Assembly: GCA_965204455.1 (NCBI GenBank)
Contig: CBDBEO010000004.1
Coordinates: forward strand, 2,183,485 to 2,247,484
Origin: an uncultured Candidatus Binatia bacterium
GTDB lineage: Bacteria; Desulfobacterota; Binatia; Bin18
Reading direction: 5' to 3'
DNA: 64,000 nucleotides
Part shown: piece by piece, positions 27,817-38,189 of the stretch
Layout of the letters: the number at the start of each line of letters is the position of its first letter
Position numbering within the stretch: the first letter of the stretch is position 1
Notes under the pieces: generated by a model
Seen by the model: only the letters and a program-made list of their open reading frames with translations
Database searches by the model: none
What the model was told of the DNA's origin: nothing
Program-made: the position numbers and the translations under genes

Positions 27817-28758
27817 ATGCATGTCGAGACGCTCAAGGTTTTTTGTGATCTGGCCGAGACAGGCAGCTTCTCGCTGGCAGCCTCAAAGAATTTCGTGACC
27901 CAGTCGGCGGTCAGCCAGCAGATTCGGAGTCTGGAGGAGCGCTACGGCCGAGAGTTGGTGGAGCGCTCCAAAGGCCACGTGCGGCTGACCCAGGCCGGCC
28001 AGGTCTTATACGAGGTCGGCAAGGAGATTATCCAGAAGTGCCGGGAGATTGAGGACAGTCTGCACAGCCTGTCCCGCTCGGTGGCCGGCACGGTCCGGGT
28101 GGCGACGGTGTACAGTGTCGGCTTGTACGAACTGTCTGCCCCGCTCAAGCGCTACCTCCAGACGTTTCCCGAGGTCAACGTGCACCTCGAATACACCCGG
28201 GCCAACAAAATCTATGATGAGGTCGGCCGCGGGGATGTCGATCTTGGCATTGTGGCCTATCCGAGCAAGCGTCCGCAGATTCTGGTCACCCCTTTTCGTG
28301 AGGACCGACTCGTCCTGATCTGTGCTCCCCAGCATCCGTTCGCGAAATTTTCCGAGATCCCGATTGCGCGGCTCGATACTGAGAAATTCGTCGGCTTCGA
28401 GCGGGATATTGCCACCCGGCGGGCCTTGGATCGCATTCTCCGGCGCAATGGCGTCAAGGTGCGCTATGTGATGGAGATGGACAATATCGAGACCATTAAG
28501 CGTGGAGTCGAGATTGGGGCCGGGGTGTCCATCGTACCGGAGCCGGCCATCAGCCAGGAAGTGAAGAATGCCACCCTTGTCGCGGTACAGCTCCAGGACG
28601 AAATCCTGACTCGACCGCTCGGTATCATTGCCAAACGGGGGCGGCAGTTTACGCCCGCGGTGCAGGAGTTCATCGATTTCCTACAAGGAAAAGCGGGCCA
28701 GGAGACAGACGACGAGAAGGGCCGGGAGGCTGACCGGACGCTCGACGGTTTGGTCTGA
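27817..28758 (+). CDS. LysR-family transcriptional regulator
   Basis: N-terminal HTH ...FSLAASKNFVTQSAVSQQIRSLEE..., then a LysR substrate-binding domain. Confidence 0.9.
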   Translation: MHVETLKVFCDLAETGSFSLAASKNFVTQSAVSQQIRSLEERYGRELVERSKGHVRLTQAGQVLYEVGKEIIQKCREIEDSLHSLSRSVAGTVRVATVYSVGLYELSAPLKRYLQTFPEVNVHLEYTRANKIYDEVGRGDVDLGIVAYPSKRPQILVTPFREDRLVLICAPQHPFAKFSEIPIARLDTEKFVGFERDIATRRALDRILRRNGVKVRYVMEMDNIETIKRGVEIGAGVSIVPEPAISQEVKNATLVAVQLQDEILTRPLGIIAKRGRQFTPAVQEFIDFLQGKAGQETDDEKGREADRTLDGLV

Positions 28759-28814
28759 GTTCCGTATGTTTCGCCCTTGGGGTATGATGGGGCCATATCA
28801 GAGATGGGGGGATC

Positions 28815-29789
28815 ATGGGGGAACAGGAGTTGAGATCGGTTTTCACGGCACTCAGGCAGGCGCGTGAGCAGCGAGACATCTCTTTGCAGGACGCCGCCCA
28901 GGCGGCGAACATCCCCGTGCACTACCTCCAGGCTCTGGAGACGGGGCAAGACTCTCGTGTGCTCGCCGATCCGATGTATCTCATCCCATTTCTGCGGAGA
29001 TACGCCGCCTTTCTGGACCTCGATCCTGATGAGGCGGTGCGGCAATTCCTGGCAGAACCGCGAAAAAGCAACAGTCTCAGGGTCAAAAATCCGCCGAGCA
29101 ATCCTTTCAGACCTGCCCGGTTTTCGGGCTGGCTCGTTCCCCTCATAGTGTTGGTGGGCGGCTTGGTCGTCGGGGCGTTTCTCCTCCAGTCAAGCGATCT
29201 GCGTTTGTGGTGGACGGGCTCGACCGAGCCGCCGGTCGCGGCTGATCCGGAAGAGGCCGGTCTGCTGCCCGACGAGGAGGCGGCTCTGGTTGCACCGCCG
29301 GTCGCGGAGCAGGGACAAGACGCGACGGGCTCGGCCGAGCCGCCGGTCGCGGCTGATCCAGGAGAGTCGAGTGCGCCCTCTGGCGAGGAAGCGCCTGCGG
29401 CTGCGCCGCCAGTCCCTGAAGAGGAACAGGCTGCGAGCCTCTCGCCAACTCCCGAACCTGCTCTGCCCTCTACGCTGCCCGCCCTCGCCCCGTCTGGGCC
29501 CAGCCCGGAAGCCCCCCGGCTTCCGCAGACGTCCTCTGGCTTCCATCAGCTCCACATACAGGCCAGAGAAAGAACGTGGATCCGTGTCGTGATCGATGAA
29601 GAACTCATCCAAGACGTGGTGCTCGAACCGAACGAGCAGGTGCGGTGGGAGGCCAGGAATAATTTTACGCTGACGGTTGGCAATGCGGGAGGGGTTGAGG
29701 TGACGTTTGATGATGACCGGCTCCCCCCGCTGGGACGGTCTGGAGAAGTGATCCGCCAGCTCCATCTTCCGGCGTCCGAGGACGAGTAG
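28815..29789 (+). CDS. RodZ-like protein (HTH, TM, Pro/Ala-rich linker, C-terminal DUF4115-like domain)
   Basis: N-terminal XRE-like HTH, a TM segment LVPLIVLVGGLVVGAFLL, a PPVAADP-repeat linker, and C-terminal TWIRVVIDEE...GNAGGVEVTFDD. Confidence 0.65.
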   Translation: MGEQELRSVFTALRQAREQRDISLQDAAQAANIPVHYLQALETGQDSRVLADPMYLIPFLRRYAAFLDLDPDEAVRQFLAEPRKSNSLRVKNPPSNPFRPARFSGWLVPLIVLVGGLVVGAFLLQSSDLRLWWTGSTEPPVAADPEEAGLLPDEEAALVAPPVAEQGQDATGSAEPPVAADPGESSAPSGEEAPAAAPPVPEEEQAASLSPTPEPALPSTLPALAPSGPSPEAPRLPQTSSGFHQLHIQARERTWIRVVIDEELIQDVVLEPNEQVRWEARNNFTLTVGNAGGVEVTFDDDRLPPLGRSGEVIRQLHLPASEDE

Positions 29790-29799
29790 CCACGCAGCA

Positions 29800-31527
29800 T
29801 CAGGCAGAGGCGCGTCCCGCCGGTTTTTTCAGAAACTCCGAAAATTCGTAGACGCCACGGGCCTGACGACCTTGCCAGCAGGTCTCGGCCATGCCGAACG
29901 TCACGGCCAGGGCACGACCCTGGGTCACATGCCGGACGACCGGAATCGCTGTTGTGGTTTTTCCTTGACAGTTCAGGCTGAGGGAGAAGTCCGGCAGGTC
30001 CGGATTGAGGGACAGCTCGAACGTGACCGGACGGCCATGCTCGTGGACATAGTCCAGAGCCCAGTCGCTGGGACGCAGCGGGTAGGGCCTGCCATGGGCA
30101 TAGATCACCCCGGCCGAGCGCGGCCCTTCCGGCAGCTCAGTCCGGGCCAGGAAGATGCCCAGGTCGGGGCCAAACGGCAGCGAGACGAGTTGACGGGGCA
30201 GCAGGCGGCCGGCTTCCTCGGCCCGCAGCATGTCCATGAAACCCCAGGCGTCGATTGCCGCGCTACGGTCGCGCAGGCGAATCTCGCCGTGCAGGCGGGC
30301 GAGGTAGATCGGCACCGGCGGCGGGCTTGATGGCTGGGGAATGCTCAGCTGCAGCCGCATTTCAACCGGTTCAATCCAGGAGGCGGCCAGTCCGTCCTCC
30401 AGACGGATAAACGCCTGCGGGTGGGAAAAGCGCATGGCCGTGCCGCGGTACGAGATCGACAGGCCGTCGGCATGGCGCTGCCAGACATAGCCGCCAATAC
30501 GGACCCGATCAGGATGCGGGCTGGCGGCATCCTCGCCGGTAAACAGCATCATCTCGGTGCCACCCAGCGATAACAGCAGCCGGCCTGAGTGGGTGGACGC
30601 CTGGGCGTCAAATTCAATCCCGCCGGTGAGACCCAGGCCACTGACCAGATCGTGGAAATGGAGGCTCATACGGCTCGGTTGCGCGTCGTGGTGAACGGGC
30701 AGAAACGCGCCGTCACGGCCGGCCGAGGCGTCTGACCCAGCCAGGCTCAGGTGAGAAAAGTCGCGGCCGCCCTGCGGCAAGGGCTTGGGCGCCTGGCCCA
30801 GGGTCCGACAGAAGATGTCGATGAAACGGTCCCGCTCAGGACCGGGCCAGCGCAAGCCGACGCCCAGCTCAAGCTGGACGGCGTGGATCTTTTCCTGGCT
30901 CGACAGCTCCGCCAGAGTCCGAATCGGGAGCGATTCGTCCTGGGCGAAACGGGGGCTGAAGACCTGCATGAAGTTGTTTTTTGCTGCGGCCGGGTAGCGG
31001 CGACCGAGCGCCACGTCGAGCCCGGCGGCCGCCCCGGCGGTCTGAAACGGCAACAGCTCTTCAGACACAAAAGCGCTGCCAACAGTTGGCGCGCCCTTGC
31101 CGGCGGGCACGAGGCGTGTCCCGTGTTGTTTGAGGCCGACCCCCAGGTCGCACACCGGCTGGACCACGTTCCAGCCGTGGACAAAAAATACCTTGGCCGT
31201 GCCGTACACGGCCACCAGGTGAGACACCAACTCGAGCAGGGCGACGGGAAACCAGGGGGCATCGGTGCGCACTCGACTGACCCGATTGAGATCAATTTCG
31301 TTCCGGTCGAGCGATTGATTAATGAGCGCATAGCCACCCGTCCGGGCGGCCAACTGCCGGGTCAGACCGGCCGTGTGCAGATCGTTGACCTTGACACTGT
31401 CCTGAACGGGCGCGTCACTCGGCCGGCGTCCGCCGTGTGGAGCCACCAGCACGATGGGCGCCTCGCCCTCGATATACTCCATCCAGTCCGGCAGGCTGGC
31501 CACAAAAGGAAAAGACATGCGCCCCAC
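29800..31527 (-). CDS. 575-aa hypothetical protein (N-terminal region weakly resembles N-formylglutamate amidohydrolase-type fold)
   Basis: Long ORF with high GC3, beginning ...IVLVAPHGGRRP.... Function unknown. Confidence 0.5.
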   Translation of the reverse strand: MGRMSFPFVASLPDWMEYIEGEAPIVLVAPHGGRRPSDAPVQDSVKVNDLHTAGLTRQLAARTGGYALINQSLDRNEIDLNRVSRVRTDAPWFPVALLELVSHLVAVYGTAKVFFVHGWNVVQPVCDLGVGLKQHGTRLVPAGKGAPTVGSAFVSEELLPFQTAGAAAGLDVALGRRYPAAAKNNFMQVFSPRFAQDESLPIRTLAELSSQEKIHAVQLELGVGLRWPGPERDRFIDIFCRTLGQAPKPLPQGGRDFSHLSLAGSDASAGRDGAFLPVHHDAQPSRMSLHFHDLVSGLGLTGGIEFDAQASTHSGRLLLSLGGTEMMLFTGEDAASPHPDRVRIGGYVWQRHADGLSISYRGTAMRFSHPQAFIRLEDGLAASWIEPVEMRLQLSIPQPSSPPPVPIYLARLHGEIRLRDRSAAIDAWGFMDMLRAEEAGRLLPRQLVSLPFGPDLGIFLARTELPEGPRSAGVIYAHGRPYPLRPSDWALDYVHEHGRPVTFELSLNPDLPDFSLSLNCQGKTTTAIPVVRHVTQGRALAVTFGMAETCWQGRQARGVYEFSEFLKKPAGRASA

Positions 31528-31590
31528 TATACCCGATTCCGATACAACCGAAAGGCTCTGGTCGGCCGGAGGCGAGGGCGGGCGGGCGTC

Positions 31591-32571
31591 TCAGCCCGTG
31601 CCTTCGGCATCGACCAGCTTTTGCAGCTCTGCCACGCTGTAGCTGCCGGGCGCCTGACCGGTCGCCGCCATGTGGTTGGCGAGGCGCTGTAAGACGCGAT
31701 TATAGGGGGTGGGGACGCCGTGCTGCTGGCCCAGGAGCACGATCTCGCCGTTCAGAAAATCGGCCTCGATCGTTGGCCGGCCGCGTTTGAGGCTCTGCCA
31801 CGACGAGCCCCCGCTGCGCGGCTCGCCCTCAATTGCGACCAGTTTGAGCTGGCTACGGACGCGGGTCTGCAACTCCTCCTCGGGGGCAAAGGCAATGCCG
31901 GCCGCCTCATAGCACGCCCGGGTCTCGGCCTGGGCTGCCCGTCCGAAGGCGGTGGACCGGGCGTCGAGCCCGCACGCGGCCTGGAGGGCGTTGCGGATAT
32001 TGGACAACAGCTTGGTGTACTTCCAGCGCATGATATCGGGCTCGGCCCGGGCGCTGAACCCGCTGTGACTGAGATCGGCGGTAAGCTGGGTGATGCGTTC
32101 ATCAACGCCGCTGGGATAGCGGCCGGCATCGAGAATGCCACCGATCGGGACCGCATGATTGAGCACCACGCCGGGCTCCAGATAAGTACCGGGCATCCAG
32201 ACCACCATGCCGTACACGTGCCGAAACCGCCGGGCGGCCATGCGCTCGTTGTCGACGCCGTTTTGGGCACATACGATAGGCAGCCTGTCGTCGGCGGCCT
32301 GATACAGATCGCACAGGGCCTGCTCGGTATCCTGAGACTTCATGCATAAGAGAACGACATCCTGATCGCCGAAACGGATCTGCGACGGATGGCCAACGGC
32401 CGGGATGTTGAGGGTCAGGCTGTGGCGGGGAGTCTTGAGGGTCAGACCCCGGTTCTGGATGGCGCTCAGATGCGCCCCCCGACAGATGAGAATGACCTTA
32501 TGCCCGTGGTGAAAGAGCTGGGCGCCAATCCCGCCGCCGATCCCGCCGGCTCCGTAGATGATGTATCGCAT
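31591..32571 (-). CDS. 2-dehydropantoate 2-reductase (PanE/ApbA family)
   Basis: MRYIIYGAGGIGGGIGAQL Rossmann start. The longer upstream ORF extension is probably non-coding. Confidence 0.75.
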   Translation of the reverse strand: MRYIIYGAGGIGGGIGAQLFHHGHKVILICRGAHLSAIQNRGLTLKTPRHSLTLNIPAVGHPSQIRFGDQDVVLLCMKSQDTEQALCDLYQAADDRLPIVCAQNGVDNERMAARRFRHVYGMVVWMPGTYLEPGVVLNHAVPIGGILDAGRYPSGVDERITQLTADLSHSGFSARAEPDIMRWKYTKLLSNIRNALQAACGLDARSTAFGRAAQAETRACYEAAGIAFAPEEELQTRVRSQLKLVAIEGEPRSGGSSWQSLKRGRPTIEADFLNGEIVLLGQQHGVPTPYNRVLQRLANHMAATGQAPGSYSVAELQKLVDAEGTG

Positions 32572-32692
32572 GGCCGTTCTCCCGACCGCCTGTTGTACCC
32601 CGGGACACGCGCCAGACGCAAACGGCTTGCGGGAACAGACGCTTTGTTGTACCAGGCCAGTACACGCTCGGTGTACCGCACAGGAGGACAGC

Positions 32693-33574
32693 ATGCCACT
32701 CAATTCAGACAGTGTTGGAAGTTCAGGCGAGCCGGTCGTACATGAGGTTGACGCCCGCTGGGTGATGGCCTACGCCACGGGCATCGGCGACAGCCTGCCA
32801 TGCTATCTCGATACCCTGCGCCCCGAGGGGGTGATAGCCCATCCCCTGTTTCCGGTGTGCGTGGAATGGCCGGTGATTGTGGCCATGCGCAAACATCCAG
32901 TCAATGCCGCGCTGAGCCAGGACGAGTATGTGCGGGCGGTCCACGCCACCCATGAGCTGGTCATCCACCGTCCGGTCCGGGCCGGAGACCGGCTCACCAC
33001 CCGAGCCTCGGTTGTCGGGCTTGAGCAGCGCCGGCCCGGTGCCTATCAAACGCTGCGCCTGGACACGACCGACGCGCAGGGCGAACTGGTGAGTTCGACC
33101 TGGCAGGGGGCGATCTATCGCGGGGTTGCGGTCAGCGGTCCGGACCGTCAGGCGCCAGACCTGCCCGCGCCCATCCCGATGCCCGACGCCGAGGCGGGGG
33201 TGCGGGCCGAAGTGCCGGTTCCGATCACGCCTGGAGCCGCCCATGTGTATACCGAGTGCGCGCGTATCTGGAATCCGGTCCACACCGATGCTGCGGTTGC
33301 CGCGGCCGCAGGTCTGCCGGCGATCATCCTGCACGGCACGGCAACCCTGGCGATGGGCGTCTCGCGCGTACTGGAATTGGAAGCCGACAACAGGCCCGAG
33401 CGGGTCACGCGCGTGGCGTGTCGGTTTGGGGCGATGGTGCTGATGCCCTCACGGGTCACCGTCCGTATTCTGGCGCGTCACTCCACGCCACACGGTGAGG
33501 CGGTGCACTTCGAGGTGCGGACCGAGGACGGCGGCCCGGCCGTGCGCGACGGGCTGCTGGTGTTGCAAGCCTGA
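32693..33574 (+). CDS. MaoC-like (double hot-dog) dehydratase
   Basis: Two hot-dog halves. ...HPLFPVC... and ...IWNPVHTD... motifs. Confidence 0.7.
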   Translation: MPLNSDSVGSSGEPVVHEVDARWVMAYATGIGDSLPCYLDTLRPEGVIAHPLFPVCVEWPVIVAMRKHPVNAALSQDEYVRAVHATHELVIHRPVRAGDRLTTRASVVGLEQRRPGAYQTLRLDTTDAQGELVSSTWQGAIYRGVAVSGPDRQAPDLPAPIPMPDAEAGVRAEVPVPITPGAAHVYTECARIWNPVHTDAAVAAAAGLPAIILHGTATLAMGVSRVLELEADNRPERVTRVACRFGAMVLMPSRVTVRILARHSTPHGEAVHFEVRTEDGGPAVRDGLLVLQA

Positions 33575-33601
33575 GATGGTCGAACGAAGAAGGAGAATGC
33601 C

Positions 33602-34609
33602 ATGCGACGCGGACTGATTTTTCCCGGTGGCGGTATGGCCCAGCGCGACATGATCCAGATCGCCCGGGAAGCCGAGGCTGCGGGTCTTGATGCGCTGTAT
33701 GTCACCGAGGCGTGGCGGAGCGCTTTTGTGCCTCTGACCGCGCTGGCGCTGTCAACCGAGCGGGTGCGTCTCGGCACCTATGTGCTCAACGCCTATGGCC
33801 GCAGCCCGTTCATTACGGGCATGAGCGCGGTTGATGTTGACGAGCTGTCCGGCGGCCGGCTGATGCTCGGGGTCGGCAGCGGCAACCGTTTCATCAACGC
33901 CGACTGGCAGGGCGTCCCACACGAACGCCCGTACCGGAAGATGACCGAGTATGTGGAACTGCTGCGCCAGATTTTCCACACCAGGGCCGGCGAGCGGGTT
34001 GTATACGAGGGTGAAATCCATCGCATGAACTGGGTGCCGGCGGTCACGCCGCTGCGGGCGGATATCCCTCTCTATCTGTCGGCGGTTTTTCCCCGCATGG
34101 TCAAGGTCGCCGGTCGGGTGGCGGACGGCCTGGCCCTGGGTGCCATCCTGTCGGCCGAGTACGCCCGCGACGTGATCCAACCGGCCGCGCGAGCCGCAGC
34201 CGAAGAGGCTGGGCGCGACCCGCGCCGACTGGGCTTTCTGATGGCGGCCATGGTCGCGGTTGACGATGATCGTGAGCGGGCGCGACGGGCGGCCCGCGAG
34301 GCGATTTGTCGTCTGTTTGCGCCCCTGCCGCACCCCTACTACGAGTACATGCTGCGCGAGCATGGGTTCTCGGCTGCGGCCGATGCGGCCTGTCAGTACG
34401 TGCCTGCGGGTCAGCTGGAGCGGGCGGTTGAGGCCATCCCGGACGAGGCGGTTGATCGTTTGACCATGGCCGGGACGGCCGACGAGGTGCGTAAGCGACT
34501 GGCCGACTACGAGGGCATTGTCGATGAGGTCATCTGCGTCAACGTGTTCTATTCGGCCGGTGATCAATCGTCCATGCTGGACGCCTACCGCCGTCTCATC
34601 CATCTCTAG
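33602..34609 (+). CDS. LLM-class (luciferase-like) flavin-dependent oxidoreductase
   Basis: DALYVTEAW...LGVGSGN TIM-barrel LLM pattern. Confidence 0.75.
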   Translation: MRRGLIFPGGGMAQRDMIQIAREAEAAGLDALYVTEAWRSAFVPLTALALSTERVRLGTYVLNAYGRSPFITGMSAVDVDELSGGRLMLGVGSGNRFINADWQGVPHERPYRKMTEYVELLRQIFHTRAGERVVYEGEIHRMNWVPAVTPLRADIPLYLSAVFPRMVKVAGRVADGLALGAILSAEYARDVIQPAARAAAEEAGRDPRRLGFLMAAMVAVDDDRERARRAAREAICRLFAPLPHPYYEYMLREHGFSAAADAACQYVPAGQLERAVEAIPDEAVDRLTMAGTADEVRKRLADYEGIVDEVICVNVFYSAGDQSSMLDAYRRLIHL

Positions 34610-34685
34610 GAGCGCATGAGGTCCATCCTGCTGGGTATCGCGCAGGGGCGGGTTTCAAACCCGCCCCTGCCGTTCCAATGAGGTC

Positions 34686-35060
34686 TCAGCTGGCGTCCTT
34701 CTTGTCAATCGAATCAAACACCTCCTGGGCAATCCGCAGCCCGTTCACCCCGACCGGCCAGCCGCCGTAATGGGCCAGATGAATCATGATCTCCTGGATT
34801 TTCTCACGGCTGAGGCCGACGTTGAGCGCCCCCCGAATATGTACCTTGAGTTCCGGGCTGCGACCCAGGACGGTCAGCGCGGCGACCGTAATCATCGAGC
34901 GCTCGTGGGTTTCCAGACCCGGCCGGCCCCAGATATCGCCAAACAGATTCTCGACCGTGATGTTCAGAAAATCGTTCTGCATCATGCCCGGGCGTGGTCC
35001 TGCGCCAAACAGCTCTTTCATTTTGGCGGCGCCTTTTTGGTAGCGTTCAGATTCTGCCAT
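34686..35060 (-). CDS. carboxymuconolactone decarboxylase-family protein
   Basis: ...RSMITVAALTVLGRSPELKVHIRGALNVGLSREKIQEIMIHLAHYGGWP... CMD/AhpD-like core. Confidence 0.8.
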   Translation of the reverse strand: MAESERYQKGAAKMKELFGAGPRPGMMQNDFLNITVENLFGDIWGRPGLETHERSMITVAALTVLGRSPELKVHIRGALNVGLSREKIQEIMIHLAHYGGWPVGVNGLRIAQEVFDSIDKKDAS

Positions 35061-35170
35061 CGTCTCTCCTCCTTAGGTGGAATAGCGGGTGGAATAGCGC
35101 ACCCTTGCGGGCCATCAGTCGGTTGTCTAGTATCAGACGATCTATCGCCGAGTCAAAGCAAAGGACGCGC

Positions 35171-36385
35171 ATGGTTGCCGAGAAGTCCGTCGGTCCCCTG
35201 CATGGGATTCGTGTTGTTGAGTGCGGCCATATGGTCGGGGCGGCGTATGCCACAAAGCTGATGGCTGACCTTGGCGCTGAGGTGGTGAAGGTCGAAGAAC
35301 CCGGCGGCGATGACGCCCGACGCCGGGGGCCCTACCCCGATGACAGCCCTCACCCGGAAAAGAGCGGGCTGTTCCTGTACCTGAATACCAACAAGCTCGG
35401 CGTGACGCTGGACTTGCAACAGGCCAGGGGGCGCGAGCTGTTCCGCGGCTTGGTGCAAGAGGCCGATTTGCTGGTCCACAACTATCCGCCGCCCGACATG
35501 GCGGCGCGCGGCCTGGACTACGAAGCCTTCCGCGAGCTGAATCCCGGTCTGGTGATGACCTCGATTTCTCCGTTTGGCCAGACCGGCCCCAACCGTGACT
35601 ACCACACTCACGATCTGACCATGTGGAGTGCGGGCGGCATTGTCTATCTGAGCGGCGCCTCCGGGCGGGAAGATCTGCCGCCGCTGAAAGCCTTCGGCCA
35701 GCAGGCCGGGCTGCAGGCCGGGGTGAACGCGGCGGTCGGCTCTCTCGGCGCGCTGTTCAGACGCGCCGCCGGCGGGCAGGGGCAACACGTGGATGTGTCC
35801 GTGCAGGAGTGCCTGGTAGCGATCATGGAGAACAACTATATCTCCTGGCCGTATGACGGCAGCGTGGCCTCACGCCTCGGCTTTCGGCTCATTCCGCAGG
35901 ACGTGCTGCCGTGCCGTGACGGGTATATCTACGTCCTGGCCATTGAAGATCACCAGTGGAACGGCGCCATGGAGCTGATGGGCAACCCCGAGTGGGCGTC
36001 GATGGATCTGTTTCAGGATTTTCCCTCGCGGTCGGCCAACTGGGACGCGCTGAAGCCCCTGCTTGAGGACTATCTGCAGGACAAATCGGTTCAGGAAACC
36101 TACCATGCCGCCCAGGCCAGGCGCGTGCCGTTTGCCCCGGTTTCGACCATGGGCGATCTGCTGGACTCTGCGCACCTGAACGCACGTGGTTTTTTTGCCA
36201 GTATCGGCCATCCCCAAGCCGGGACACTCCGTTACCCGGGCGCTCCGTATCAGTTCTCGGCCTCGCCGTGGCTGCTGAGCCGCCCGGCCCCCTGCCTGGG
36301 ACAGCACAACGTCGAGGTATTTGGCGGTCGTCTGGGCCTTGGGCAGGCGGAGTTGGAGCGGCTGAAAGAAGACAAGGTCATCTGA
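35171..36385 (+). CDS. CoA-transferase family III (CaiB/BaiF) protein
   Basis: GIRVVECGHMVGAAYATKLMADLGAEVVKVE N-terminal signature. Confidence 0.85.
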   Translation: MVAEKSVGPLHGIRVVECGHMVGAAYATKLMADLGAEVVKVEEPGGDDARRRGPYPDDSPHPEKSGLFLYLNTNKLGVTLDLQQARGRELFRGLVQEADLLVHNYPPPDMAARGLDYEAFRELNPGLVMTSISPFGQTGPNRDYHTHDLTMWSAGGIVYLSGASGREDLPPLKAFGQQAGLQAGVNAAVGSLGALFRRAAGGQGQHVDVSVQECLVAIMENNYISWPYDGSVASRLGFRLIPQDVLPCRDGYIYVLAIEDHQWNGAMELMGNPEWASMDLFQDFPSRSANWDALKPLLEDYLQDKSVQETYHAAQARRVPFAPVSTMGDLLDSAHLNARGFFASIGHPQAGTLRYPGAPYQFSASPWLLSRPAPCLGQHNVEVFGGRLGLGQAELERLKEDKVI

Positions 36386-36397
36386 AGAGAGATCGCC

Positions 36398-37615
36398 ATG
36401 GACAACCAGCTTCCCCTGTCCGGTATTCGTGTGGCCGACTTCACCTGGGTCTGGGCTGGCCCGTTTGCGACCCTGCAGCTGGCCCATCTGGGCGCCGAGG
36501 TGATTCGTATCGAGACCGAGAACCGGGTGTGTGTGACCCGTCGCATCCCGCCCTTTGCCGACGGCGAGCCGGGACCCAACCGCAGCGGGTACTACAACCA
36601 GTACAATCAGGGCAAGGCCTCGGTGTGTCTGAACCTGAAGAAGCCCGAGGGCATCGCCATCGCCAAAAAACTGGTCGCGGCCAGCGATGTTGTGGCCGAG
36701 AACTTTGCCGGCGGGGTGATGAACAAGATGGGTCTGGGCTACGAGGTCCTGAAGCAGATCAAATCCGATATCATCATGATCTCCATGTCCGGCTATGGGG
36801 CGACCGGACCGGAGAGTGCCTATGTGTCCTACGGCCCAGCTCAGGTGCCGATGAGTGGCTTGTCGTCGGTGACGGGTTTTCCCGGCTTCCCGCCCATGCA
36901 CGTGGGCTTCTCATACGGAGACCCCAACGGCGGTCTGCACGGCGCCTTCGCCGTCCTGGCCGCGCTCATGCACCGGGCTCGGACGGGTGAGGGCCAGTAT
37001 ATCGACCTCTCCCAGTGGGAGACCTCGCTAACCCTGTTGGGTGAGGGACTGATGGCCCAGCAGATGCACGGCGAGCCGCCGTCCCGGGTTGGCAATCGGG
37101 ACGCCCATATGGCGCCCCACGGGCTGTTTCGGTGCCAGGGCCAGGACCGCTGGGTGAGCATTGTTGTGGCCAACGAGGACGAATGGCAATGCTTGTGCCA
37201 GGCTCTGGGCCAGCCCGAGCTGGCAACCGACACGCGTTTTGCCAGCCTGGCCGACCGTAAAAAGAATGAGGACGCGCTTGAAGCGCTGATCGGCGCCTGG
37301 ACCCAAGCCCGGACGGATGACGAGGTCACCCGTACCCTGCAAGCCGCTGGCGTGGCGGCTTTCCCGGCTCTCACCAACCAGGACTTGGCCCAGGATCAAC
37401 ACCTGCAAGAGCGCGGCTTTTTTGTCGAGCATCCGCACCCCGAGGTTGGCCCACGCCGCCATGCCGGCGTGCCCTGGGTGTTCTCTGACACGCCGTGTCA
37501 GGTTCGCCAACCGGCCCCGTGTCTGGGCCAGGACACCGACGCGGTGCTCCAGGACCTCTTGGGCTACTCGGCCGACGAGGTCGCGGCCTTGCGCGCTGAC
37601 GCGGTGCTGACCTAG
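36398..37615 (+). CDS. CoA-transferase family III (CaiB/BaiF) protein, second tandem paralogue
   Basis: GIRVADFTWVWAGPFATLQLAHLGAEVIRIE N-terminal signature. Confidence 0.85.
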   Translation: MDNQLPLSGIRVADFTWVWAGPFATLQLAHLGAEVIRIETENRVCVTRRIPPFADGEPGPNRSGYYNQYNQGKASVCLNLKKPEGIAIAKKLVAASDVVAENFAGGVMNKMGLGYEVLKQIKSDIIMISMSGYGATGPESAYVSYGPAQVPMSGLSSVTGFPGFPPMHVGFSYGDPNGGLHGAFAVLAALMHRARTGEGQYIDLSQWETSLTLLGEGLMAQQMHGEPPSRVGNRDAHMAPHGLFRCQGQDRWVSIVVANEDEWQCLCQALGQPELATDTRFASLADRKKNEDALEALIGAWTQARTDDEVTRTLQAAGVAAFPALTNQDLAQDQHLQERGFFVEHPHPEVGPRRHAGVPWVFSDTPCQVRQPAPCLGQDTDAVLQDLLGYSADEVAALRADAVLT

Positions 37616-37649
37616 CCCGGGCCGGTGCCCTCGGATCGGACACTGACGC

Positions 37650-38096
37650 ATGGGATGCCAACGACCGATGCTGGCCCGGTCCATCAAGAAGCTACTCTGC
37701 CCGCTGTTGGGTCTGGTTCTGGTGTCGGGCCTCGCTCCCCCGCTCGCCGCTCAGACGGCGACCCGGGGAACGGTGCTGATCGAGTTTACCGGTATGGTGC
37801 AGAGCTGGCCCGGGAATGACGTGCTGACCCTGGAGGTGAAAAAACAACACATTTTTTTCGCCCTCCACGATGTGCATAGTTCGGGGCAGCGGTTTCTGCG
37901 TGAGCGCTTTCTTTCCGACCTGCGCCTCCGTACCCCGAGCATGTATGTCCGGGGCCCGGACTATCTGCTGGAAGAACTGCTGGCCGAAAAACCCGGCACC
38001 CGGCCGATTAAAATGCGCGGCATGTACTACAGCGATTCGCGCGCCTTTGTGATGAACCGACTGTTCCGGTTGCGCGACACGCGGCCCGAGCGCTAG
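37650..38096 (+). CDS. small secreted hypothetical protein
   Basis: Signal peptide KLLCPLLGLVLVSGLAPPLAAQTA. No known domain. Confidence 0.5.
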   Translation: MGCQRPMLARSIKKLLCPLLGLVLVSGLAPPLAAQTATRGTVLIEFTGMVQSWPGNDVLTLEVKKQHIFFALHDVHSSGQRFLRERFLSDLRLRTPSMYVRGPDYLLEELLAEKPGTRPIKMRGMYYSDSRAFVMNRLFRLRDTRPER

Positions 38097-38189
38097 CAGT
38101 CTGCCACCGCCTTGAATCCCTTGTCTCGCCCAGGGCCTTTGCCTGTCGTCTTTTTTCGATCTCCCACGCTGGAAGGATGAGTTTTTGCC

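Noticed and set aside
35870-36901. 343-aa minus ORF
   Set aside because: Antisense to the CoA-transferase genes.
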